In this document: positions 41,289 to 48,555 of the stretch, one piece after another | Position numbering within the stretch: the first letter of the stretch is position 1 | How the letters are laid out: the number at the start of each line of letters is the position of its first letter | Translations under genes and position numbers: made by a program | The notes under the pieces: model-generated | Databases searched by the model: none | The model's input: only the letters and a program-made list of their open reading frames with translations | What the model was told of the DNA's origin: nothing | IMG/VR virus record: IMGVR_UViG_3300042934_000594 | Coordinates: 186,001 to 250,000 of that record | Length of the DNA stretch: 64,000 bases | Strand: one strand, 5' to 3'

Positions 41289-41638
41289 TACATGAACAAC
41301 CCATCTTGACCAGTTTTAAGGACTTTGATTTGCTGGCTGCTGCTGGCCGTACGGACCTGTTGGCTGCCGAGGGCAAGAACATTATCACCGGCCTTGGGTG
41401 GGGTGGGTTGTTCTTAAACGGCGTGCCTCACCCGGAAGATGCCAAGACCACCGTCCAGCCGTCGGTGGTGCCTGATCACGACCCAGACCTGGCCGTCATT
41501 GAAGTTGAACACCTGACCATCACCGTGAGCATGCGGTCTGGACGCTGCACGGTGGAGGATGCCCTTAACCGCCCTACTGACCAGGCCCCCTTTGGGATCT
41601 TGCGCCTGCGTCTGCCTGATCGAGGAATGCCCCTGTGA
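41285..41638 (+). CDS. Hypothetical protein
   Basis: Coupled at both ends. Confidence 0.65.
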   Translation: MIHEQPILTSFKDFDLLAAAGRTDLLAAEGKNIITGLGWGGLFLNGVPHPEDAKTTVQPSVVPDHDPDLAVIEVEHLTITVSMRSGRCTVEDALNRPTDQAPFGILRLRLPDRGMPL

Positions 41639-42117
41639 CCCGCGTACTGAGTCAATACTTTGCCCGCTTGCAAATCTCCCAGGAGGCGTCTGTTGAAGGC
41701 GCCCCATTGGGCGACCCTGGTGACAGTGTCGAGTTGTCGTTGCCACCTTTGAACGAACACTCCAAGAACCTGAGCATCGTGGCCTCTGGGGCCAATGAGA
41801 CCACAGGTGCCCATCATCGCTACGACATCGCCAACTTCGATGCCAGTACCAACCCGGCCTACCGCGACTCTGACACCGCTAACCTGCTGACGATTCTGTT
41901 CCAGCAAGGGCCCGTACCGGACGTCGGCATCAACGGCGTCACCCCAGAAGCGGTACTGGTGTGTCTGCTGCATCTGTTTGAAGGGTATCAGACCAGTAAG
42001 TTTGCCTGCCCTGAGAACGAGGAGGCCATCAAAGGTTTCCAGGCCTCGCTCGATGCCATTCGCTCACGCACAGCGTCGCGGATTGAACGAGGCGTTGAAG
42101 GTACTCATCAAGCGTAA
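41635..42117 (+). CDS. tad1: Tad1-like anti-Thoeris/anti-CBASS nucleotide sponge with N-terminal extension
   Basis: GAHHRYDI, LFQQGP...GINGVT.E, YQTSKFACPENEEA and R..SRIERGVEGTH match the Tad1 pattern (GAxHxY, FQxG, FQ..F..rEN..A, R...RI.R.V.GT). Confidence 0.82.
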   Translation: MTRVLSQYFARLQISQEASVEGAPLGDPGDSVELSLPPLNEHSKNLSIVASGANETTGAHHRYDIANFDASTNPAYRDSDTANLLTILFQQGPVPDVGINGVTPEAVLVCLLHLFEGYQTSKFACPENEEAIKGFQASLDAIRSRTASRIERGVEGTHQA

Positions 42118-42128
42118 GAGGTGACGGG

Positions 42129-42347
42129 ATGACTGGTAACTACGAATTGATTCAACACTGGTTGGGTACTGAGGCCGCTCATCGATTGGCCAATGCCAAC
42201 CCTGATGCCGCCGCAGAGCGCTTTGCGCCCAGTTCAGTGGTCAGTGGTAACCCACGGTTGTTCTGTCGCCCTGACGGGGCTCAGCGCACTGTGGTGGAAT
42301 TGCTTGAAGTTCTGCAAGCCCGCACCTGTGACTGTAAGCTGCATTAA
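42129..42347 (+). CDS. Hypothetical protein
   Basis: GAGGTG RBS. Confidence 0.6.
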   Translation: MTGNYELIQHWLGTEAAHRLANANPDAAAERFAPSSVVSGNPRLFCRPDGAQRTVVELLEVLQARTCDCKLH

Positions 42348-42404
42348 CTCGTAGACCTATATCACCCTTGTGTAAGCGCAGTCTTCGGACTGCGTTTATG
42401 CCCA

Positions 42405-42439
42405 TTCCAACAAATCTGAAAGCTATATCACTCAGGTGT
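42405..42439 (+). promoter_or_regulatory. Putative early promoter
   Basis: TTCCAACAAATCTGAAAGCTATATCACTCAGGTGT. Confidence 0.65.
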
Positions 42440-42581
42440 ATCAGAGCAATCTGATTCAGGAAATACCCAGCAGCTAAACCCTGTGAGGAATAGCCGGCGA
42501 TGAGCCTGACTATATCACCTACCCTATCTAACCTTCAGACAGTTAGGTCGGCGACCCCAGAATCAAGAACTGTGGTGATCT

Positions 42582-43379
42582 ATGCACGTCCCTGAACCGG
42601 CAACACCTTTAACCCCGAATAAGATCGACCCCATTGTGGTGGATGACAGCACTCGACACATGCGAAGGTTTCGCTGGGTTGAAGTGAACCTGCCTGACCT
42701 GGTCGACGATTTGGTGGGTGAGGCCCTGGAGAATTCCACCTACGGTTACACCCGGCAACAAGCTGAAGCGGCGATCCACGAATGGTTCGACGCCCACCAG
42801 GTTCCCCATGAAGGACTCGTCCCGGACCTGGAAGCACTCTGCATCGAGTCCTTACACACCGAGTTATCCATACGCAAGCGTTACACTGACGCGGCGTCCC
42901 CACCTGAAACAAGTGAGACTCTCATGGCTGACAAAGATAAAGCAAAAGTGGTTGAATTGAAATCCCGCGAATTCATCGAAAAGCACAGCCTGGCTGAAAA
43001 GGTGCTGCTGGCCGACAACAACATCGTGACCCTGCCGGAAGACTACCGTGCGGCGATCCTGGCTTCCGAGCAAGGCATCACCGTCGAGGAAGTCAAGAAG
43101 CAGCAGAAGATCGAGCAGCGCGTTGACCAGTCCCTGCTGGCAGCCACCACCCTGCTGTCCGGTGAACTGGCCAAGAGCAAGTTCGTCGCTGACCCTGAAG
43201 CTCGCGAAGTGGCCTTCAGCTACGAAGTCGGCCCACACGCCAAAGCCTCCGGCGTCTTCACCCGCAATGACGACGGCACCGTCGCCATCGTCAATGCCGT
43301 AGAACACCGTTTCCAGACGGCCGAGATGAACCGCGTCTACGGTCACCTGAACGACCTGTTCGCCAACGTCAACTCGTAA
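42582..43379 (+). CDS. Hypothetical protein; probable internal in-frame start at 42924
   Basis: Open frame of 265 aa; codon bias becomes much stronger from ATG 42924. Confidence 0.6.
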   Translation: MHVPEPATPLTPNKIDPIVVDDSTRHMRRFRWVEVNLPDLVDDLVGEALENSTYGYTRQQAEAAIHEWFDAHQVPHEGLVPDLEALCIESLHTELSIRKRYTDAASPPETSETLMADKDKAKVVELKSREFIEKHSLAEKVLLADNNIVTLPEDYRAAILASEQGITVEEVKKQQKIEQRVDQSLLAATTLLSGELAKSKFVADPEAREVAFSYEVGPHAKASGVFTRNDDGTVAIVNAVEHRFQTAEMNRVYGHLNDLFANVNS

Positions 43380-43442
43380 CACCCCCGGTGCCCCTGCTTC
43401 GGCAGGGGTTACCATCCACCTTTTCTTTTTCGAGATTGCACA

Positions 43443-44846
43443 ATGACTGAAGCAACCCCAGCTGTTGAACGCGGCGTATTGATCGTCCTGGAAGGTCAGG
43501 AATACGTAGGCAAATCCACCCAGCGCGATTTGCTTGCTGAGCGCCTGCGCGCATTGGGCCATGACGTGGTGGTAACCCGTGAGATCGGCGGTACGCCCTA
43601 CGCTGAAAAGATTCGCACCCTGGTCCTGAACACCGACCGCGACGGCGAGCATGTTTCTCCGCTGACCGAAATGCTGTTGGCCTACGCCGCCCGTTCACAA
43701 CACTTGGAGCAAGTCATTGCACCAGCCCTGGAAGCCGGTAAGATCGTTCTGACCGATCGCTTCGTAGCCTCCACGTTCTGCTACCAGGTCTGGCCGTACA
43801 TCGACGGCAACATGCAGCATGGTCTGTTGAACATGTTCATGGGCCTGAACGGTTCGGTTCTGTCGGGCATCATCACCGAAGAACCTCTGGTGTTGATCCA
43901 GACGCTGAACGATGAAGACTGGCAAGCACGCCGTCGTGCCAACAACAAGCCTGACATCATCGAAAGCCGTGAAGTGGAATTCCATGCCAAGGTTGCCGCC
44001 GCGTATGCGCAGCATGCCGGTGCCCCGAACCACCACCTGGTCGATGGCGGTCGTGAAATCCAAGTGATCAACGACGAACTGTTCCAGCTCGTGACTGATT
44101 ACCTGGCCGCCACCAAGATCGTGCGCAAGCAAGCCGCTGAAGCGCGTGCGGCGCAAGCCGAACTGACCGAAGCTGGGATCAGCGACATGCCGCCTGAATT
44201 GGCGGCTCTGATGAACCAGATTCAGATGGCCCAACCCGGTGACGTCCATCCCGGTGTGAAGTCCTATGAGGAAGCGCAAGCAGAAGGCTTCCCGGGCACT
44301 GAAGCGGAATGGGTGACTTACGTCAGCGCCATGCAACAGAACGCTCTGCACGGTGAGCCTGGCAATGGCACCTTCGACCCTGAAGCTGAGCGTCTGATCA
44401 CTGACTACGCCGAAGCCAAGAACCTGGGCTTTGATGGTACGGAAGAAGAATGGCAGGCGTACCTGGCTGAGCAGGGCATCAACTCCACCTTTGCTGTACC
44501 GGTGCAGCAGAAGACCATCCAGGAAAACATCGACGCGTACTACGACCTGGCACAACGCTACGACGCCGACCCTTCGCAACTGACTGAGGGGGAGCGCAAG
44601 TCGGTCGAAGAGTTCCGCGCCAAAGCTAAAGCCACCATGGCTGAAGTGACGCAGGTGGCTTCCACCATCGACAACGTCTCGGCAGTGTTTGCCCCGACCT
44701 TGGCTGAGCTGGGTATGGGTGTGGACGACCTGTCGTACGAAACCGCACAAAGCAAAGGCTTTGACGGCACGCGTGAAGAGTGGGATGAGATGCTGAACAA
44801 ATACGTTCCAGCGGACCTGAACCCTAACGCCGCCGCGGCGCAGTAA
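43443..44846 (+). CDS. tmk: Thymidylate kinase with long acidic repeat-containing C-terminal extension
   Basis: LEGQEYVGKST P-loop, TREIGGT, LLAYAARSQH and LTDRF..ST..YQ motifs. Confidence 0.92.
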   Translation: MTEATPAVERGVLIVLEGQEYVGKSTQRDLLAERLRALGHDVVVTREIGGTPYAEKIRTLVLNTDRDGEHVSPLTEMLLAYAARSQHLEQVIAPALEAGKIVLTDRFVASTFCYQVWPYIDGNMQHGLLNMFMGLNGSVLSGIITEEPLVLIQTLNDEDWQARRRANNKPDIIESREVEFHAKVAAAYAQHAGAPNHHLVDGGREIQVINDELFQLVTDYLAATKIVRKQAAEARAAQAELTEAGISDMPPELAALMNQIQMAQPGDVHPGVKSYEEAQAEGFPGTEAEWVTYVSAMQQNALHGEPGNGTFDPEAERLITDYAEAKNLGFDGTEEEWQAYLAEQGINSTFAVPVQQKTIQENIDAYYDLAQRYDADPSQLTEGERKSVEEFRAKAKATMAEVTQVASTIDNVSAVFAPTLAELGMGVDDLSYETAQSKGFDGTREEWDEMLNKYVPADLNPNAAAAQ

Positions 44847-44847
44847 C

Positions 44848-44884
44848 AGCATAACGCCCTCCCTTCGGGGAGGGCTTATGTCGG
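44848..44884 (+). terminator. UUCG hairpin of the CATA/TATG family
   Basis: GCATAA-CGCCCTCCC TTCG GGGAGGGC-TTATGT. Confidence 0.7.
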
Positions 44885-44978
44885 CGTACATTGAAAAGAT
44901 TTTGAGACCTAAATAATCCGTAGGAGAGCCGCGTGACTATAGGCATCTTAACCCCCATATCCGTCTAGGAGCTTCCCT

Positions 44979-45473
44979 GTGAAACGTTTTGCATTCTTGG
45001 CTACATTGCTGTTGGCTGGTGTTGTTCACGCTCAGGAGCCTTACCAGGCCTTCCTGGACCGTCCTCTCTTTATGTCGGCCTGGCTCCCGGATTCGATTCC
45101 CTGTGTGTTTGACGCCGCCCACAACGTCAACACCTGTATGGCACCGGACGTACCTTTGAAAGTCACCGTGCGCTTGACCACGCTCGATGGCAAAGAACAA
45201 ACCGAGATGTCCTGGCCTACGCTGAACAAGATCCGCTGCCCGAAAAACACCTGTGAAGGGGTGGACGGTTTGGCCGCAGGTTCACTGAGCGATCATCCTG
45301 AGGCTGGCGACAGTGTGTGGATCGTCACCCAGAATTACTACCTTGCCTCCCAGCAGGGCAAAGTGGTGGCGTGGCGTCACGGTAAAGGACCCATGGCAGA
45401 ACAATACCTGGAACCCTTGATCTATAGCGAAACTCCTCGCTTGAAACCCACAGCCTCCTTAACGAGTAACTAA
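44979..45473 (+). CDS. Secreted/periplasmic Cys-containing protein
   Basis: AGGAG RBS; signal peptide ending VHA|Q; four Cys. Confidence 0.7.
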   Translation: MKRFAFLATLLLAGVVHAQEPYQAFLDRPLFMSAWLPDSIPCVFDAAHNVNTCMAPDVPLKVTVRLTTLDGKEQTEMSWPTLNKIRCPKNTCEGVDGLAAGSLSDHPEAGDSVWIVTQNYYLASQQGKVVAWRHGKGPMAEQYLEPLIYSETPRLKPTASLTSN

Positions 45474-45474
45474 C

Positions 45475-45789
45475 ATGCCTTTCTTCTGGTTGGTGGTCTC
45501 TCTACTGATGTGCTTCATTGCTCAGTGCTATTGGCGCAGCCGCTTCCGGTTAGACGGTGGTTGGCGTAATGCGTTTGTGAACAGTCACTGGAAGATCGCT
45601 GAGTGGGGTGTGCCGCAGATCCTGTGTTCCGCGCTGGTGGTCACGTTGCCGATTCTGATCGCCTCCTGGTACGACATCATGACCGTCGCGGTGGCGTACA
45701 TGGGGATCCTGTTTTTCTACATGGCCGGGATGGTGATGACGTACGACACTTTCCTCAAAGAGTTCTACGCCCGCCACCCGATGGAGTGA
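45475..45789 (+). CDS. Membrane protein (three hydrophobic segments)
   Basis: Hydrophobicity pattern; adjacent to the upstream stop. Confidence 0.65.
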   Translation: MPFFWLVVSLLMCFIAQCYWRSRFRLDGGWRNAFVNSHWKIAEWGVPQILCSALVVTLPILIASWYDIMTVAVAYMGILFFYMAGMVMTYDTFLKEFYARHPME

Positions 45790-45791
45790 GC

Positions 45792-46076
45792 ATGGATTCG
45801 CACATTCGTGACCGTTATCGCAAGATGGGGTGTAAGTGGCAATTAGGACAGTGGCCTGTAATGAGCTACTCCCTGCCCTTTATCACCCTGGCGTTTCATG
45901 GACGACCACCCAGAGCCACGGTATTCAATGACCTGCACAACCTGGGTTACGCGCCGTATGGCCCGCTGGTTACCAGCTGCTATGGCTTGAACGTCGATGA
46001 CAACTATTTCTACGAGCTGACCTTCAAGGAAATAGAAGGGCACGCGGATATTGTCCGCATGTCACGTTTTGAGTAA
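45792..46076 (+). CDS. Hypothetical protein
   Basis: ATG at 45792 with GGAG RBS; ends at a hairpin. Confidence 0.6.
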   Translation: MDSHIRDRYRKMGCKWQLGQWPVMSYSLPFITLAFHGRPPRATVFNDLHNLGYAPYGPLVTSCYGLNVDDNYFYELTFKEIEGHADIVRMSRFE

Positions 46077-46125
46077 CGACATTACGGCCTCCCTTCGGGG
46101 AGGCCCTATGTTGTCTTTCTTTTTG

Positions 46126-46160
46126 ATTGCAAATAATTTGAGACCTATATCCCTAGGTTG
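46126..46160 (+). promoter_or_regulatory. Putative early promoter
   Basis: ATTGCAAATAATTTGAGACCTATATCCCTAGGTTG. Confidence 0.55.
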
Positions 46161-46207
46161 AAGGATGACAATGTCGTTGGCCTTCGTACCCTTTTGGAGT
46201 GACAACA

Positions 46208-46455
46208 TGAAACATCTAACTCGCACAACTGACCTGATCGATTCCGTCTTTGGTTTGTTCACAGGGGTAACTCTCTTGGAACAGATCGGTGACGATCACG
46301 TTGAAACGTGCTGGGAGTTATCGAACAACCCTACCTTTGAAGAAACCAATTGGGGTGATGCCCACGAGCAGTACTTGCAAGAGCATCGCAACCAACTGGA
46401 AGAAGAGCTGGTGGAACAACGTCGGGCTTCTTCGCTTAACCGCTTTAACTATTAA
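46208..46455 (+). CDS. Small acidic early protein
   Basis: GGAG RBS before an ATG at about 46208 (MKHLTRTTDL...); own promoter and terminator. Confidence 0.6.
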
Positions 46456-46461
46456 ACCCAG

Positions 46462-46503
46462 ACGGCAGTCCTCAGGGGCTGCCGCACTGACTCTTTCTTT
46501 TTT
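46462..46503 (+). terminator. Rho-independent terminator
   Basis: CGGCAGTCC TCAG GGGCTGCCG followed by a T tract. Confidence 0.7.
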
Positions 46504-46550
46504 GGTAGTGGCACAATGCCACAGGAAAAAATACTGACGTTAACTGATAT

Positions 46551-47070
46551 TATGCGAAGTCCGTAGTGGGACGCTGCACGGTGTTAATCCTTGGGTGCTG
46601 GCGCTACCGAGTTGATCAACACCAACCTTGGCGATGTACCCGGTTTGCCATGACGGGGGAGTCGCAAGTTGTGTTTTATGCACAGCCTACAGCACACAGG
46701 TGAAACTGATCGGGGGTTTGCCCGTGTGCTGTGGGATGGGTATCGAACCCTAGACCTATTGAACAAGGAAAACCCCGTATGGGTGTTCTGGCCGCTGCGC
46801 TTACTTTACAGGTGATGGTTAGGCTTCTAGCCATGGATCTGCCTGCTACCGTTCCCCCTGATGCACACTACGTTGATGCTATCGCCTGGCGACACGACTC
46901 GCCTGTGCCGTACCTCAATAGCGTACCCGCGGTTGTTAAGCGGATCAGTACGCGTGTCGGTGTGTATCACCCTCTGGTCCCTCCGTCTGTGCAGGATGGA
47001 GTGGGAGGTTGCGCCTTGCTGCACACGCCTAGGGTGCGTGGCTAGCAGATAGGGCACGACAACCTTACCA
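46551..47070 (+). ncRNA. Candidate large structured non-coding RNA (~515 nt), class unknown
   Basis: No credible ORF; more than 10 nested helices whose irregular pairs are G-U on the + strand; begins at a TATG late-promoter-like motif. Confidence 0.6.
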
Positions 47071-47079
47071 GGAGCGGGT

Positions 47080-47370
47080 ATGCGAATCTTAATCCTCGGT
47101 GGTGGTGCGTCATTGGGCCTGGCTTTGCGCGATGCTCTCCTGGACACAGCGAGACTCTACAAAGACCTGGCGGTGACATTAGCACCATGCATTGAATGCG
47201 ATTGGACCTTTGTCGAGGGCGTATCGGACACTGGGTTATTGACGACTTATAAGCGAACAGCTAAAGCTCGTTGTGGGCGCCAGTATAAGGCACTGGTTGG
47301 CCCCCAGACCCAGGGATCGAGATCCCACACTACTGAAGGTCCTGCGTCGACCTCAAAAAACCGTACTTAG
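47080..47370 (+). CDS. Hypothetical protein
   Basis: AGGAG RBS; followed by a hairpin at 47380-47405. Confidence 0.5.
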   Translation: MRILILGGGASLGLALRDALLDTARLYKDLAVTLAPCIECDWTFVEGVSDTGLLTTYKRTAKARCGRQYKALVGPQTQGSRSHTTEGPASTSKNRT

Positions 47371-47456
47371 AGTACGGCGTCAGAGCCCTCGATGGAGGGC
47401 TCTGTCTATGCCCTCTTGCGGTTAAGGGATACCCTGTTTTATGCCGTCTGGGTCCA

Positions 47457-47491
47457 TTGCAAAGAGTTTAAAACCTATATGACTCAGGTGT
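47457..47491 (+). promoter_or_regulatory. Putative early promoter
   Basis: TTGCAAAGAGTTTAAAACCTATATGACTCAGGTGT; the core AAACCTATATGACTCAGGTGT is identical to the copy at 15978-15998. Confidence 0.7.
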
Positions 47492-47537
47492 AGAAGTTCT
47501 ACAATTTGTATCCCATACCAGGTCCTAAGGAGGACAT

Positions 47538-48044
47538 ATGACTGCTTTGAAACTTCGCCGCCGCGGACACTATTACATCCAGGGTATCGGCTTGATTACG
47601 GTTCCTGCATTAATCAGCCGTAACGAGGAACAAGCCCGCTGGTACTTAAACAGCCGCTTGGACGTAGAACAACATAGCTATTCAGATTCCGCTCATGGCG
47701 GTGCACTGGGTAGCTTGCGAAAGGTGGTGCGTGAGTATGTAGAACTCATCGATCACCCCATGCAAAAGCTTAGGTTCGTCAGAACCAAAGAATCGGATAC
47801 CAAGGCCTTCCCTTTACAGATGGCTGGGGTGTGTTACCGCCGTAGTGGCCGGTACGAATACTTCGTGGTTTCCAACCCGCTCGGCAGCCCTGAACGGGTA
47901 CCGGTAAACAATGATTGGGATGCCGCCCTGGCACATGCCAAAGCGTTACGTCAAGACTTTGTCTGGGCGTACATGGACAAGTACCGCTTTGACATGAAAA
48001 ACCTGTACAAACAACTCGGACTGCGAGGACCTCAACATGTTTGA
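47538..48044 (+). CDS. Early protein, possible AP2-like DNA-binding domains
   Basis: AAGGAGG RBS; SYSDSAHGG..GSL and AGVCY...WDAALAHAKALR segments. Confidence 0.6.
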   Translation: MTALKLRRRGHYYIQGIGLITVPALISRNEEQARWYLNSRLDVEQHSYSDSAHGGALGSLRKVVREYVELIDHPMQKLRFVRTKESDTKAFPLQMAGVCYRRSGRYEYFVVSNPLGSPERVPVNNDWDAALAHAKALRQDFVWAYMDKYRFDMKNLYKQLGLRGPQHV

Positions 48045-48522
48045 CAACCTGAACACCCAGAAGATCGACGCCACCGTCGCCGCTGGTGAAGTGATTGCGG
48101 TATTGAAGAAAGAAGACCTGGCCAGCAACATCCCAGGGCAGATCGGGGATTGGACCATCCGTGTGGTGACCTCCTCCAACACCGAACTGCGCACCGTGGT
48201 GGCGGTACCGTCCAATGGACGTACCCGCACGCTGTACAACGCCGGTCGCATACTGTGGCTGCGCAACATGGGCTTTAGTGAGGAAAGAGCCAATCGCTAC
48301 TTCCACGCCAGTGCCCAGGTCGCTCACCGCTGGGAAGACGACGTCGCTCGCTTTGTCCTGGACAACTGGGACATGTCGGACGACACCTACGACGCTATCC
48401 GGGCCGCCACCAGTCCTCGTCAGCGGGCTGAGGAACTGGGTGTTACTGTCACCCTGACGCGTCCCCGTTTAAATGCTGCGATGCAAATCCTGGCTAACGT
48501 CACTGAACCCACCCACCATTGA
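48037..48522 (+). CDS. Hypothetical protein
   Basis: GAGGA RBS; overlaps the upstream ORF. Confidence 0.7.
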   Translation: MFDNLNTQKIDATVAAGEVIAVLKKEDLASNIPGQIGDWTIRVVTSSNTELRTVVAVPSNGRTRTLYNAGRILWLRNMGFSEERANRYFHASAQVAHRWEDDVARFVLDNWDMSDDTYDAIRAATSPRQRAEELGVTVTLTRPRLNAAMQILANVTEPTHH

Positions 48523-48555
48523 TCCATCCACCCCCGTACCGTTAAGGAAAATGTC

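Noticed and set aside
42446-42509. Hammerhead-like arrangement (TCAG-GAAA ... CGATGA-GCCTGA)
   Set aside because: Core lacks CUGA and the C before GAAA, and stems I/III cannot be formed convincingly.
46738-46750. GGGTTCGATACCC on the minus strand resembling a tRNA T-arm
   Set aside because: Only 3-4 bp of stem and no acceptor, D or anticodon arms; G-U pattern supports a plus-strand structure instead.
47071-47100. GAGCGGGTATGCG resembling group II intron domain V
   Set aside because: No complementary 3' arm or domain VI; it coincides with the RBS and start of ORF 47080.
46731-47147. ORFs 46731-47045 (+) and 46827-47147 (-)
   Set aside because: Weak initiation signals and atypical composition; better explained as by-products of a structured RNA, though 46779-47045 (AAGGA RBS) cannot be fully excluded.
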